The notes below the pieces were generated by a model, which worked only from the letters and a program-made list of their open reading frames with translations, ran no database searches and was not told the DNA's origin. A stretch of DNA of 64,000 nucleotides, from assembly GCA_015060925.1 (NCBI GenBank), contig SUXM01000011.1, forward strand, positions 247 through 64,246, read 5' to 3'. Shown piece after piece: positions 40,340-51,368 of the stretch (positions are counted from its first letter, which is position 1; every line of letters begins with the position of its first letter). The position numbers and the translations under genes are program-made. This DNA is from Parabacteroides distasonis (GTDB lineage Bacteria; Bacteroidota; Bacteroidia; Bacteroidales; Tannerellaceae).

Positions 40340-41577
40340 TTGAAAAGAAACGCGGAATCCAACGGAAGCATTTTCCCTATATTGGGGTCGCTGTCTTGTC
40401 TGTAGCCTTGATTGCTTGGGCTTTGTTGGGAGGACAGGGAAAAAGCTTGAAGGTGGAGAAGCAGCAACAGACCATCAGTACGGTGATACAAGGTGAATTT
40501 AAGGATTATGTACGTTTGAACGGACAGGTTGTGCCAATACAGGTTGTGCAGATTTCACCCGAAGAGGGAGGTATTGTGCGGGAAAAGGTGGTAGAAGAGG
40601 GAAGCCGTGTCAAGAAGGGGGATGTGATCCTGCGTCTGTCGAACAGCAGCTTGGATTTACAAATTCTGAATTCGGAGGCGGAATTGGCTGAGAAACAAAA
40701 CCTGTTGCGTAATACACAGGTGGCGATGCAACAAGACCTGCTTACCAATCAGACGGAACAGGCTTCGCTTGACATGGATGTCCGCCGTAAGGAGCGTTCC
40801 TTCTTACAGAACCAACGGTTGTACGAAGAGAAATTGATTAGTAAAGAGCTTTATTTACAGAGTAAGGAGGATTATGAATTGTCACGAAAGAAACATCAAT
40901 TGATTACCCGCAGGTTGGCACAAGACAGTCTTTACCGTACGGTACAGATGGAACAGATGGAGGATAACCTTGATAATATGCGGAAGAATGTGCTGATGGT
41001 ACGTGACCGCAAAAACAAATTGGAGGTTCGTTCGGCTATTGATGGAGAATTGGGATTGTTGGATGTCGAATTAGGACAGAGTATTGCTGCCGGGCAGAAG
41101 GTTGGGCAAATCAATGACCTGTCGGCTTTCAAGATCGAGGCACAGATTGACGAACATTACATCGATCGGGTAAAGGCGGGGCTTGTTGCCTCTTTTGCCA
41201 GAGAGGGAAAGGTGTATCAGTTGAAGGTGCGTAAAGTGTATCCGGAGGTTCGTGAGGGTCAGTTCCGTACCGATTTTGTTTTTGTCGATGAACGGCCGGA
41301 AAATATCCGAAGCGGTCAAACGTACTATCTGAATTTGGAATTAGGGAAAGCGGAACAGGCTTTGTTAGTCCCTCGTGGAACCTTCTTCCAGGCGACCGGG
41401 GGCAATTGGATCTTTGTCGTAGATAAAGAGGGGGATAAGGCATACCGTAGGAATATCCGTATCGGCAGACAAAATCCTCAGTTTTATGAGGTAATCGAGG
41501 GGCTTGAACCGGGTGAGCAGGTAATTACCAGCGGTTATGAACCGTTTCGGGATCATGAAATGCTAAGATTAAAGTGA
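40327..41577 (+). CDS. Periplasmic adaptor subunit (MacA/HlyD-like)
   Basis: MDRIIEKK, EEGGIV..VVEEGSRVKKGD, IGRQNPQFYEVIEGL. Confidence 0.9.
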   Translation: MDRIIEKKRGIQRKHFPYIGVAVLSVALIAWALLGGQGKSLKVEKQQQTISTVIQGEFKDYVRLNGQVVPIQVVQISPEEGGIVREKVVEEGSRVKKGDVILRLSNSSLDLQILNSEAELAEKQNLLRNTQVAMQQDLLTNQTEQASLDMDVRRKERSFLQNQRLYEEKLISKELYLQSKEDYELSRKKHQLITRRLAQDSLYRTVQMEQMEDNLDNMRKNVLMVRDRKNKLEVRSAIDGELGLLDVELGQSIAAGQKVGQINDLSAFKIEAQIDEHYIDRVKAGLVASFAREGKVYQLKVRKVYPEVREGQFRTDFVFVDERPENIRSGQTYYLNLELGKAEQALLVPRGTFFQATGGNWIFVVDKEGDKAYRRNIRIGRQNPQFYEVIEGLEPGEQVITSGYEPFRDHEMLRLK

Positions 41578-41621
41578 TTTATGAAAAAAATAAAAGAACT
41601 TTGTATAAGAATTAGGGAGAT

Positions 41622-43988
41622 ATGAAAGGATTAATGTTTATCGTACGTAAGTACAAGATGGCCTCTTTCTTGAATGTATTGGGGTTGACAGTGGCTTTCT
41701 CGGTTTTTTATGTCTTGTTGATACAGATAACCGATCAGCTGAACCATAACAAAGGATTGAAAGATTGGGAACAGCTGTATCGGGTAGAGAATACGGTTGG
41801 AGATGGTGACTGGAGTGCTATTTGTAATCGTCCTTTGGCAGAGAAAGCAGCCGAACTTCCACAAGTAGAAGAATTGTCTTTGTGGTGTGGAATGGGGGGA
41901 TGTTATGTCGATTTGAATGGAACACCTATGTACATGAGTGAAGGGCTGATGCTTCCCGGAACTCTTGAAACATTGGGAGCCAAATGTGTGGATGGAAGAT
42001 TAAAGCCACATACCGGTGAAGAGGGGGTGATTATTCCGGTATCCTTTGCTCAAAAATATTTTGGAGAGACAATGGTGGTCGGACGTAGCATCCGAATATG
42101 GAAGGAGAGTAAACAACTGACCGTGATAGGTGTTTATGAAGATTTTCCGAAGAACAGTGATGTGGATAATTATTGTTTTCGTGATATGGGGGATAGAGAC
42201 CAGAATAGGCCTAATAACTTTAATTATACCTGTTTGGTTAGACTGAAAAAGGGAACCAATCCGGAGCAAATGGATGAACTCTTAACCACAACTTTGCATA
42301 AGTTATATCTGGATTGGGGTACTTCCAATGGATATCAAGTAACGCCAGAGATCGATGCACATGTTAAAAAGTTTAAATCGCGTCTTGTTTCAGTGGATAA
42401 GACCTATTTCTCAAATGTTGATTTGAACGTAGATAAAGGGAATAAGGGTATTTTGTTAGTACTTGAAGTCATTGCTTTGCTTGTCATTCTTGTGTCGGCC
42501 ATCAACTTTACCAATTTTACCTTGGCGGAGTCTCCTGTACGGATGAGAGGAATCATGACACGTAAAGTGATGGGTAGTTCTACCTGGAGCTTGAGAGTGG
42601 GTTTGATGGGTGAGAATGTGTTGCTTTCTTTATCGGCATTCCTTTTGGCTTTGTTGCTCATCGCTTTATTGGAAAGTAGTCAACTTTTTTCTGAGATGTT
42701 ACAGGCCTCTTTGGCATTGACGGAACATGTTGATTTAATCCTTCTTTTATTGGTAGTTGCAATCGGGGTGGGTATCTTGACGTCACTCTATCCCTCTTGG
42801 TATGTGACCTCCTTCCCGCCGGCTATGGCTTTGAAGGGTTCATTCGGGCTTTCGCCTAACGGTCGTCGGCTTCGTGGCTTTCTGATAGCTTTACAATTGA
42901 TTGTGTCGTTTACCATGGTGGGATACTTAGGTATTTTGTGGTCTCAAAAGGACTATTTTTATTCTTCGGACTATGGTTTCGATAAAGAACAGATTTTGTA
43001 TGGAAATATGTATGGCGTTTTTCCGCTGAGTCAAGCCGAAACAGTTCGTCAAGAGTTGGTAAAAATACCCGGGGTAGAGGATGCCTCTTATTCTCGCTTT
43101 ACATTAGGGATGCAAACGGAGGTGATGAGCTGGTCACGAAGTTGGGGGGAAAATCCGGACGACCAATATTTCTTTAAGGTATTTCCGGTCGATGAACATT
43201 TCTTGCGTACCTATGGTATCAAGGTGGTGGAAGGGCGAGATTTTAATGCACACGATCGGAATGCTTACATCATCAATGAGGCGATGAAACGTAAGTATCC
43301 GAGGATTGCCATTGATGAACCATTCTTTAAAGGTTCTTCAGGAAAGGTGATAGGAGTATGTGAAGATTTGCGTTTCTGTTCTGTACATGTCGATAACATG
43401 AATGAACCGGCTGTCTTTGTTGTGATGAATCAAGATCCGGAAAAGGATGATATGGGGGTGCTTAGTATCCGTTTGGCGGCAGGAATGGATAAGATTCAAT
43501 TACGCAAAGAGATTGAACGTACCATCATGCGTTTTGCAGATATGGATCCGGATCTCTATTTCTATGATGAAAGGATTGAAAGTGCCTATAGGGATGAGGT
43601 ACGTTTCATGAGACAATTCAATTGGTTTGCATTGATTGCTTTGGTCATCACTTTGATTGGTGTATTCTGCCTGACCATGTTTGAAACGGAGTATCGCCGG
43701 AAAGAGATCGGTATCCGTAAGGTAATGGGTGCATCGGTAATGGAAATCATAGAGATATTCTTGCGGTATTATTTGAAACTGATTCTGATTGGTTTTATCC
43801 CTTCTGTCCCGATAGCTTACCTGTTTGGTAAAGAGTGGCTGCAGAACTTTGCTGAGCAAACCCCTATTTATTGGTGGATATTTGTCATCTCATTTGTCTC
43901 TGTGTCAATAATCGTTTTGTTGACAGTCATCGTACAAAGCTGGCGTGTAGCCAATGATAATCCTATAAACAGTATTAAAACAGAATAA
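41622..43988 (+). CDS. ABC transporter permease (MacB/FtsX type, duplicated)
   Basis: INFTN, RRKEIGIRKVMGAS, WLQNFA, NPINSIKTE. Confidence 0.9.
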   Translation: MKGLMFIVRKYKMASFLNVLGLTVAFSVFYVLLIQITDQLNHNKGLKDWEQLYRVENTVGDGDWSAICNRPLAEKAAELPQVEELSLWCGMGGCYVDLNGTPMYMSEGLMLPGTLETLGAKCVDGRLKPHTGEEGVIIPVSFAQKYFGETMVVGRSIRIWKESKQLTVIGVYEDFPKNSDVDNYCFRDMGDRDQNRPNNFNYTCLVRLKKGTNPEQMDELLTTTLHKLYLDWGTSNGYQVTPEIDAHVKKFKSRLVSVDKTYFSNVDLNVDKGNKGILLVLEVIALLVILVSAINFTNFTLAESPVRMRGIMTRKVMGSSTWSLRVGLMGENVLLSLSAFLLALLLIALLESSQLFSEMLQASLALTEHVDLILLLLVVAIGVGILTSLYPSWYVTSFPPAMALKGSFGLSPNGRRLRGFLIALQLIVSFTMVGYLGILWSQKDYFYSSDYGFDKEQILYGNMYGVFPLSQAETVRQELVKIPGVEDASYSRFTLGMQTEVMSWSRSWGENPDDQYFFKVFPVDEHFLRTYGIKVVEGRDFNAHDRNAYIINEAMKRKYPRIAIDEPFFKGSSGKVIGVCEDLRFCSVHVDNMNEPAVFVVMNQDPEKDDMGVLSIRLAAGMDKIQLRKEIERTIMRFADMDPDLYFYDERIESAYRDEVRFMRQFNWFALIALVITLIGVFCLTMFETEYRRKEIGIRKVMGASVMEIIEIFLRYYLKLILIGFIPSVPIAYLFGKEWLQNFAEQTPIYWWIFVISFVSVSIIVLLTVIVQSWRVANDNPINSIKTE

Positions 43989-44003
43989 TAAAAACAGATC
44001 ATT

Positions 44004-44684
44004 ATGATAAAGATAGAAAATCTTAGTAAAATCTTCCGTACAGAGGAGGTGGAAACAACCGCTCTTAATGGAGTGAACATTGATGTGAAAGAGGGTGAAT
44101 TTGTCGCAATCATGGGGCCTTCCGGCTGTGGAAAGTCCACTTTGCTCAATATCTTAGGTTTGCTTGACAATCCGGACAGTGGTAGCTATTGGTTGGGCGG
44201 TGAAGAGGTCGGCCATTTGAAAGAAAAGGATCGTACACAGTTCCGGAAAGGACGTATCGGTTTTGTATTCCAAAGTTTCAATCTGATTGATGAACTGACC
44301 GTCGAGGAGAATGTGGAATTACAGTTGAAATACCTGAATGTCCCGAAAGAGGAACGTAAACAACGGGTATTGGATATACTGCGAAAGGTAAATCTCAGCC
44401 AGCGTGCGAAACATTATCCGCAACAATTATCCGGAGGACAGCAGCAACGTGTGGCGATTGCTCGTGCCGTAGTAGGTAATCCGAAACTGATATTGGCCGA
44501 TGAACCGACCGGTAATTTGGATTCAAAGAATGGACTGGAAGTGATGGAACTGTTAAGCCAACTCCATGCAGAAGGTACGACTATCGTCATGGTGACCCAC
44601 TCTCAGCATGATGCTACCTACGCCAACCGGATCATCCATCTGTTTGACGGGCAGGTGGTCGAACATGTAGATGGCTTGTTATAA
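44004..44684 (+). CDS. ABC transporter ATP-binding protein (LolD/MacB-like)
   Basis: GPSGCGKST, LSGGQQQRVAIARA, ADEPTGNLD. Confidence 0.95.
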   Translation: MIKIENLSKIFRTEEVETTALNGVNIDVKEGEFVAIMGPSGCGKSTLLNILGLLDNPDSGSYWLGGEEVGHLKEKDRTQFRKGRIGFVFQSFNLIDELTVEENVELQLKYLNVPKEERKQRVLDILRKVNLSQRAKHYPQQLSGGQQQRVAIARAVVGNPKLILADEPTGNLDSKNGLEVMELLSQLHAEGTTIVMVTHSQHDATYANRIIHLFDGQVVEHVDGLL

Positions 44685-44686
44685 AC

Positions 44687-44722
44687 AAAAGAGGTTACTT
44701 CTTTCTGGAAGTAACCTCTTTT
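44687..44722. terminator. Bidirectional terminator
   Basis: aaaagaggttacttc-tttctg-gaagtaacctctttt. Confidence 0.85.
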
Positions 44723-44751
44723 ATCATATAGAATGATAGATGTTTAGTTTA

Positions 44752-45609
44752 TCAACAGGCTTTGAAGCTCATGTCCAACCCTTTTACCGAGTGGGTCAAA
44801 GCACCAACGGAGATATAATCGACACCGCATTCGGCATAGTCACGTAATGTGTCGAAAGTAATACCACCGGAAGATTCTAATTCATAACGGCCTGCTACTA
44901 TTTCAACCGCTTTCTTTGTGTTTTCCGGATTGAAGTTATCCAACATGATACGGTCGATGCCGCCTACACGCATTGCTTCTTGTAATTCGTCGAAGTTACG
45001 TACCTCGATCTCAATCTTCAAATCTTTGTTTTTTTCTTTTAAGTACTGGTGGCAACGGGTGATAGCCGCTTCGATACCTCCGGCGAAGTCAACATGGTTG
45101 TCTTTTAACAGAATCATATCAAACAAACCGATACGGTGGTTGACACCTCCACCAATCTTAACGGCTTCTTTTTCTATCATACGTAATCCGGGAGTAGTCT
45201 TGCGAGTATCCAACACGCGGGTTTTAGTTCCTTCCAAAGCCTTTACATAACGGCGAGTGTTGGTTGCGATACCACTCATGCGCTGCATCACGTTTAACAT
45301 CAAACGTTCTGTCTGTAATAAAGATTGAACTTTCCCCTCTACCACGAATGCGATGTCACCTTTTTTGACTTCCGCCCCGTCATGGATGAAGGTAGTCATT
45401 TTTAGTTCAGGATCAAACGTATGGAATATGCGCTCTGCCATCTCCACACCTGCCAATACACCATCTTCTTTGACGATTAACTGGCTTTTACCCATTTCTG
45501 TGTCCGGAATACAACAAAGTGTCGTATGGTCGCCGTCCCCGATATCTTCAGAAAATGCCAAGCGAATTAGATCCGCAATGAGTTGTTCTTTTGTTTCTTG
45601 TAAGTTCAT
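44752..45609 (-). CDS. nadC: Quinolinate phosphoribosyltransferase
   Basis: DTRKTTPG, HRIGLFD, KDNH, IMLDN, SVGALTHS. Confidence 0.97.
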   Translation of the reverse strand: MNLQETKEQLIADLIRLAFSEDIGDGDHTTLCCIPDTEMGKSQLIVKEDGVLAGVEMAERIFHTFDPELKMTTFIHDGAEVKKGDIAFVVEGKVQSLLQTERLMLNVMQRMSGIATNTRRYVKALEGTKTRVLDTRKTTPGLRMIEKEAVKIGGGVNHRIGLFDMILLKDNHVDFAGGIEAAITRCHQYLKEKNKDLKIEIEVRNFDELQEAMRVGGIDRIMLDNFNPENTKKAVEIVAGRYELESSGGITFDTLRDYAECGVDYISVGALTHSVKGLDMSFKAC

Positions 45610-45701
45610 ATCTTATTAGTTTACACGATTTCCTGCTATTATCTGCAAAGGTATGTTTTTTTCCTGTAATTTAGCGTTCTCAATCTTTAAAATATACAAG
45701 G

Positions 45702-46175
45702 ATGAAAATTGTATTGGTTGTTATAGGGAAAACAGATGCCGGATACTTTGTGGAGGCGATCAATGAGTATAAGAAACGTTTGGTTCACTATCTGCCTTTT
45801 GAGATGGAGGTTATCCCTGATATCAAGAATGTGAAGAACTTGTCGGAAGCCCAACAAAAGGAGAAAGAGGGGGAACTAATCTTGAAATCTTTACAATCCG
45901 GAGACTATTTGGTTTTATTAGATGAAAAGGGAAAAGAATATACCTCGATGCAGTTTGCCGCCTATATAGAGAAAAAGATGCATACCGTACCTAAACGGTT
46001 GGTCTTTGTAGTGGGTGGCCCGTATGGATTCAGTGAGGCTGTTTACAAAGCTGCAGCAGAGAAGATCTCTTTGAGTAAAATGACCTTTTCTCACCAAATG
46101 ATTCGCCTGATCTTTGTGGAACAGATTTACCGGGCGATGACGATTTTGAATAACGAACCGTATCATCATGAATAG
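45702..46175 (+). CDS. rlmH: 23S rRNA m3-pseudouridine-1915 methyltransferase
   Basis: FVVGGPYG, SKMTFSHQMIR, EQIYRA, PYHHE. Confidence 0.96.
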   Translation: MKIVLVVIGKTDAGYFVEAINEYKKRLVHYLPFEMEVIPDIKNVKNLSEAQQKEKEGELILKSLQSGDYLVLLDEKGKEYTSMQFAAYIEKKMHTVPKRLVFVVGGPYGFSEAVYKAAAEKISLSKMTFSHQMIRLIFVEQIYRAMTILNNEPYHHE

Positions 46176-46184
46176 AAAAAACGT

Positions 46185-47141
46185 ATGGAAATAGTTGTAT
46201 TGGATGGGTATACGTTGGATTTGGCGGATGCTTTCAAAAAGGAGTTGAGCGTACTGGGTGAGTGTCGGTATTATGACCGTACATCGGCGGAGCAGGTTGT
46301 AGAGCGGGCACAAGGGGCAGAGGTTGTCTTTACCAATAAGGTGCTCCTTTCGGAAGAGGTAATTGCTGCGCTTCCTAATCTGAAATACATTGGTGTATTG
46401 GCTACCGGTTATAATGTGGTGGATATAGAGGCAGCCAAGAAGCGTGGGATTGTTGTGACAAATATTCCGGCTTATAGTACCGAATCGGTGGCACAAACGG
46501 TTTTTGCACATTTGCTGACCATCTCCAATCAAGTCGCCCATTATTCAGAAGAGGCACGAACTGGAGTGTGGACAAAGTGCCCGGATTTCTCCTATACGAA
46601 TACTCCTCTTTTAGGGTGGAACGGGAAGACTATGGGGATTGTTGGTTTAGGTAATATCGGTCAAGCTGTCGCACGTATTGCTTTAGCTTTCGGAATGAAG
46701 GTGATAGCCTATACCTCTAAGAAAAAGGAGGAGTTGCCGACAGGTATTTTTCCGGTATCTAAGAAGGAGTTGTTTCAACAAAGTGATGTATTGTCTTTGC
46801 ATTGTCCGTTGACACCGGATACGAAGGAGTTTGTTTGTGCTGAGACTTTGTCATGGATGAAACCTACGGCTATTGTCATCAATACCAGCCGGGGATTGGT
46901 TGTTAATGAGGCTGATTTGGCAGATGCCTTGAATGAAGGGAAGATTATGGCGGCAGGTGTGGATGTACTTTCTTCCGAACCTCCAAAAGCGGACAATCCG
47001 TTGTTGAATGCACGTAACTGTTATATCACCCCTCATATCGCTTGGGCAACCTTGGAAGCTCGTACTCGATTGATGCAAACAGCTGTAGATAATTTAAAGT
47101 CCTATCGGAAAGGAAACGTTAAGAATAATGTAGCTGTATGA
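46185..47141 (+). CDS. D-2-hydroxyacid dehydrogenase (glycerate dehydrogenase/HprA-like)
   Basis: ATGYNVVD, GLGNIG, LHCPLT, INTSRG, TPHIAW. Confidence 0.9.
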   Translation: MEIVVLDGYTLDLADAFKKELSVLGECRYYDRTSAEQVVERAQGAEVVFTNKVLLSEEVIAALPNLKYIGVLATGYNVVDIEAAKKRGIVVTNIPAYSTESVAQTVFAHLLTISNQVAHYSEEARTGVWTKCPDFSYTNTPLLGWNGKTMGIVGLGNIGQAVARIALAFGMKVIAYTSKKKEELPTGIFPVSKKELFQQSDVLSLHCPLTPDTKEFVCAETLSWMKPTAIVINTSRGLVVNEADLADALNEGKIMAAGVDVLSSEPPKADNPLLNARNCYITPHIAWATLEARTRLMQTAVDNLKSYRKGNVKNNVAV

Positions 47142-47180
47142 ACAAACAAGGGAAAGACTAAAATCTTTCCCTTGTTTGTT
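47141..47180. terminator. Hairpin between convergent genes, overlapping the aroC 3' end
   Basis: aacaaacaagggaaaga-ctaaa-tctttcccttgtttgtt. Confidence 0.7.
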
Positions 47181-48237
47181 GTATGAGTAAATAATCTAAG
47201 ATTGTCATTGCAGCCATCGACTCAACGATAGGGACTGCCCGTGGCAGTACACAGGGGTCATGGCGTCCTTTGGCTTTTAGGATGGTTTCTTCACCCTCTT
47301 TATTGACAGTCTCTTGCTCCATCAAGAGTGTAGCCACCGGTTTGAATGCCACTCGGAAATAGATGTCTTGTCCATTGGATATACCTCCTTGAATCCCTCC
47401 GGAATGGTTTGTGCGTGTTTGGATTTTTCCATTAGCATTGAAGAAACGATCGTTGCGTTCCGAACCACGAAAGGATGCCGATGCAAATCCATCGCCATAT
47501 TCAAAGCCTTTTACGGCATTGATGGTTAACATGGCGTGGCCTAAAGCGGCATGGAGTTTTCCGAAAGCTGGTTCCCCTAATCCTACCGGAACTCCTTGTA
47601 TAACACATGTGATCACACCACCGATGGTATCTCCTTGCGCTTTAACCTCTGCAATCAGTGCTTCCATCCGGTTGGCAATCTCTTTGTCCGGACAGCGTAC
47701 GGCTGTCTCTTCAGTTCGGTGAAGGTCATAGTCTTGGTAAGAACCCGGTAGACAAATATCACCGACTTGTGAGGTATAGGCCTGGATCTGTATATCTTTT
47801 TGTTGGAGTATCTGTTTGGCAATGGCACCTGCTACACAGCGGGCGATGGTCTCACGTGCGGAAGAACGTCCACCCCCGCGTGGATCCCGTATGCCATATT
47901 TCATTTGGTAGGTGTAATCAGCATGAGAAGGACGATACACCTCTTTCATGTTATCGTAGTCGGAAGAGTGTTGGTTTTTATTCCAGACAATGAACCCAAT
48001 AGGTGTTCCGGTAGTCTTTCCTTCGTATAAACCGGAAAGGAACTGCACCTCATCATCTTCTTTACGGGGGGTAGTCAGTTTGGATTGCCCCGGTTTACGT
48101 CGGTTAAGTTCGCTTTGGATAAACTCCCTGTCTAACTCGATACCGGCCGGGCAACCGTCAATGACGCCTCCTATCCCCGGGCCATGCGATTCTCCAAAGG
48201 AGGTTAATCTATAAATGTTTCCGAATGTATTCATCAT
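47158..48237 (-). CDS. aroC: Chorismate synthase
   Basis: [29 protein letters not shown]. Confidence 0.97.
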   Translation of the reverse strand: MMNTFGNIYRLTSFGESHGPGIGGVIDGCPAGIELDREFIQSELNRRKPGQSKLTTPRKEDDEVQFLSGLYEGKTTGTPIGFIVWNKNQHSSDYDNMKEVYRPSHADYTYQMKYGIRDPRGGGRSSARETIARCVAGAIAKQILQQKDIQIQAYTSQVGDICLPGSYQDYDLHRTEETAVRCPDKEIANRMEALIAEVKAQGDTIGGVITCVIQGVPVGLGEPAFGKLHAALGHAMLTINAVKGFEYGDGFASASFRGSERNDRFFNANGKIQTRTNHSGGIQGGISNGQDIYFRVAFKPVATLLMEQETVNKEGEETILKAKGRHDPCVLPRAVPIVESMAAMTILDYLLIQQTRERF

Positions 48238-48266
48238 TACAAATGAATTAATCGTTTATAAAATAG

Positions 48267-48310
48267 ACAAAGGACAATGAAAAATCCTTTATTCATTGTC
48301 CTTTGTTTTT
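48267..48310 (-). terminator. Terminator after slyD
   Basis: acaaaggacaatgaa...ttcattgtcctttgt. Confidence 0.7.
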
Positions 48311-48317
48311 ATGTTGT

Positions 48318-48896
48318 TTAGTGGCAACCACCACAACCGCAACCTCCGTCGTGATCGTGATCTCCACAACCACCTCCACATTCGTCACAGCCGCAACCAC
48401 AACCTCCGGCAGGAGCTGTTAATGCTGCAATTTCTTCAGCTGTCGGTTCGTGAACATCGATTACTTCACCATCAAAGTGTAATGTCTCTCCAGCCAATGG
48501 ATGGTTGAAATCCATTACAACAATATCTTCTTTTACTTCCAAAACAGAACCATTCATACGGTTTCCGTTTGAGTCCATCATTGGAACAGTATTACCTTCT
48601 TTGATCATTTCAGCATCAAACTTACCGTCCACCTCAAAGATATTTTTCGGAAGTTCCAATACATGTTCATCTACATATTCGCCGTATGCGTCAGCCGGTG
48701 CGATAGAGAAACTGAATTTATCACCGACTTCCAAACCTTTTAGTGCATCTTCAAAAGCAGGAAGCATCGCTCCTGTACCGAAAATAAATTTCAAAGGTAC
48801 TTCTTGAGTAGCTCTTTCCATTAATTCACGTTCTTCGCCTTCACCAACGTTTAGGTCGTAAGTAACCGCAACGTATTTATTTGCTGTAATTTTCAT
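48318..48896 (-). CDS. slyD: FKBP-type peptidyl-prolyl isomerase SlyD
   Basis: DFNHPLAG and a Cys/His/Gly-rich metal-binding tail. Confidence 0.92.
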   Translation of the reverse strand: MKITANKYVAVTYDLNVGEGEERELMERATQEVPLKFIFGTGAMLPAFEDALKGLEVGDKFSFSIAPADAYGEYVDEHVLELPKNIFEVDGKFDAEMIKEGNTVPMMDSNGNRMNGSVLEVKEDIVVMDFNHPLAGETLHFDGEVIDVHEPTAEEIAALTAPAGGCGCGCDECGGGCGDHDHDGGCGCGGCH

Positions 48897-48972
48897 TTTG
48901 TAATTGTATAGTTAATAAATAAAACGAGGACAAATTTATAAATAAAATCCTTACCCTTCATCAATGCTGTTC

Positions 48973-50163
48973 TTAAAGCGAGCTGATTGCTTTCTTTAAC
49001 GCTTTCATCGCTTCCTCCAAGGTTGAGCGTGGACAACCAATGTTCAGTCGCATATAACCTTCACCTCCCGGGCCGAACATGCTGCCATCATTGAGGAGCA
49101 AACCGGCTTTCTCTTCAAATAATTGAACCAATTCGGGCTGGCTTAAGTTTAAGTCCCGGCAATCCAACCAGACCAAAAAAGAGGCTTGCGGCTGATATAC
49201 CTTTATTTGAGGTATATTGTTTTTTAAATAAGTATCAATGTAACGGACATTCTCAATGATATAGATACGCATTTGTTGTAGCCATTCAGCACCATAAGTG
49301 TAAGCGGCTTCTGTAGCTGTATAAGCAAAAATGGTGCCGGCATTCAGTTCTCCGGCTTCTAAGAATGAATGGAATTGTTTACGTATAGACTCATTCGGAA
49401 TGATGGAATAAGATGAAACGATACCGGCGATGTTGAATGTTTTGCTGGGAGCCATGAACATGATTGAACAATTGGCAGCTGTCTCTGATACGGTGGCAAA
49501 CGGGTAATGTTTGTATTGCGGGTAAACCATTTCTGAATGTATCTCATCTGAAATAACCAAAATATGGTTTCGGTGGCAGATCTCAGCCAGTTTGACCAAA
49601 GTCTCTTTCTCCCAAACAACTCCTCCAGGATTATGAGGGTTACTTAGGATAAGCATTTTGCACTTTTCATCAATGATGGATTCTAATTGTTCAAAATCCA
49701 TTTGGTAAACTCCGTCAACCAATTGGAGTGGATTGTAAACCACCTCACGCTGCATTTTTTCCGGGACTAACCGGAAAGGATGGTAGACAGGTGGCTGGAT
49801 GATGATTTTGTCTCCCGGTTGGGTGAAACATTGCAAAGCAAACCCGATTCCTTTGACAATGCCAGGTATGTAGCTGATCCATTCACGTTGGATTTTCCAA
49901 AGATGCTTGTATAAAACCCATTCTTCTATACTCTTGAAATAGGAATCGGAACCAAAGGTGTAACCAAAAACTTCATGCTCACAGCGTTTCTTCAATGCGT
50001 CAACTATGAAATCAGGTGTACGGAAATCCATGTCCGCTACCCAAAGAGGAAGTAACTCTTTCCCATCTGAACCTTTTTTTGCTCCATCGAACTTGACACA
50101 ATTTGTACCATGCCGTTCGATTACTTCGTCAAAATTATAGTGTTTCATCGTATTTGAATTCAT
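48973..50163 (-). CDS. PatB/MalY-family C-S lyase (PLP-dependent)
   Basis: LWVADMDF, NPHNPGG, SDEIH, APSKTFN. Confidence 0.92.
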   Translation of the reverse strand: MNSNTMKHYNFDEVIERHGTNCVKFDGAKKGSDGKELLPLWVADMDFRTPDFIVDALKKRCEHEVFGYTFGSDSYFKSIEEWVLYKHLWKIQREWISYIPGIVKGIGFALQCFTQPGDKIIIQPPVYHPFRLVPEKMQREVVYNPLQLVDGVYQMDFEQLESIIDEKCKMLILSNPHNPGGVVWEKETLVKLAEICHRNHILVISDEIHSEMVYPQYKHYPFATVSETAANCSIMFMAPSKTFNIAGIVSSYSIIPNESIRKQFHSFLEAGELNAGTIFAYTATEAAYTYGAEWLQQMRIYIIENVRYIDTYLKNNIPQIKVYQPQASFLVWLDCRDLNLSQPELVQLFEEKAGLLLNDGSMFGPGGEGYMRLNIGCPRSTLEEAMKALKKAISSL

Positions 50164-50243
50164 TCTTCAAGGGACAAAGATACAAATATTTGTTATTTTG
50201 GAGAAAAAAGATTAATATTGCATGAGTAGAATCACAGACTATT

Positions 50244-51368
50244 ATGATTATGGATCGAAGGAGTTTTCTTTTATTGTCCTCTGCAGGTTTGTTAGATTTT
50301 GCAGTGGGGAGTAGCTTATCAACGCTTAAAGCTAAAGAGTCGGGCTTGAATGGAAAGTATTCAATTGTTATGTTGGGAGATACCCATTTTGATACGGAGC
50401 CGGCAAGTGTTTATCATTCTAACTATAATGAAAAAGTAGAATGGTTGAACCGTGTACAACGGGCAGAATTTGCTCGTAATGGTGAAATGTGGCGGGAACG
50501 TTGCCCCCGATTATTACGGAGGGCTGCAGAATTGGTGGATAAAGATACCCGTATGATTTTCCAAATGGGCGATCTTATCCAAGGAGATTGTGGAAAAGGG
50601 GAAGTTCATCAAAAGATGTTGGAAGATGTGATGAACCATTTTAAAGGGGAGTTGGGAGGTTTACCTTTTATCTCCGTAGCAGGTAACCACGATATCAGAG
50701 GGGTGGATGCCGAAAAGGTTTATCATGAGTATATGCCGGCAAGAATCAGCCAGGAGTTAGGACAGCCGGTATCAAAGACAACATTCTATTTCTCTATTGG
50801 TGAGGATGTGTATCTGTTTGTGGATTTTAATAAACCGGATGATGATGTCGTTGAGACTGCTTTGCGTGAAACAGAAGGTGCTCGCCATACATTTTTGGTG
50901 ACGCATGGGCCTGTATTCCCTTGTGATGGAGGAAGTTGTAGATGGTTTTTGTATGGAGGAAATAATGATAGAAATAATACGGCTCGCCGTCATTTCCGTA
51001 AAGAGTTTGCACGTCGCCATACGATCTGTTTGTGTGGACATACCCATCGCACTGATCTGTTGGATTGGTATGGTGATGGAGGGCGTATTACACAGATGAC
51101 GATGAATAGCGTATGGTCTAAAGATGAGTTAGCTAATTATGAACTGATAGCTGAAAGACCGGACGAGTTTGGTAAATTCGCTTTAGGCAAAGAAGATGTA
51201 AAGGATCATGAAAGGGCACTCTTTGATGAGTATCGTCCGGGAGTTAAGATTTATAAGAGTTCCAAGGCGGCAGGTTCGTATAAGATGCTAGTGACGAAGA
51301 AGCATGTCCGGGTTGATTTTTATGCCGGGGATTCACAAAAGGTAACCCAATCCTTTAAGTTGAGATAA
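50244..51368 (+). CDS. Metallophosphoesterase with twin-arginine signal peptide
   Basis: DRRSFL; GDTH, GDL, GNHD, GHTH. Confidence 0.8.
   Translation: MIMDRRSFLLLSSAGLLDFAVGSSLSTLKAKESGLNGKYSIVMLGDTHFDTEPASVYHSNYNEKVEWLNRVQRAEFARNGEMWRERCPRLLRRAAELVDKDTRMIFQMGDLIQGDCGKGEVHQKMLEDVMNHFKGELGGLPFISVAGNHDIRGVDAEKVYHEYMPARISQELGQPVSKTTFYFSIGEDVYLFVDFNKPDDDVVETALRETEGARHTFLVTHGPVFPCDGGSCRWFLYGGNNDRNNTARRHFRKEFARRHTICLCGHTHRTDLLDWYGDGGRITQMTMNSVWSKDELANYELIAERPDEFGKFALGKEDVKDHERALFDEYRPGVKIYKSSKAAGSYKMLVTKKHVRVDFYAGDSQKVTQSFKLR

Noticed and set aside
48318-48410. Cys/Gly/His low-complexity repeat
   Set aside because: Normal SlyD metal-binding tail
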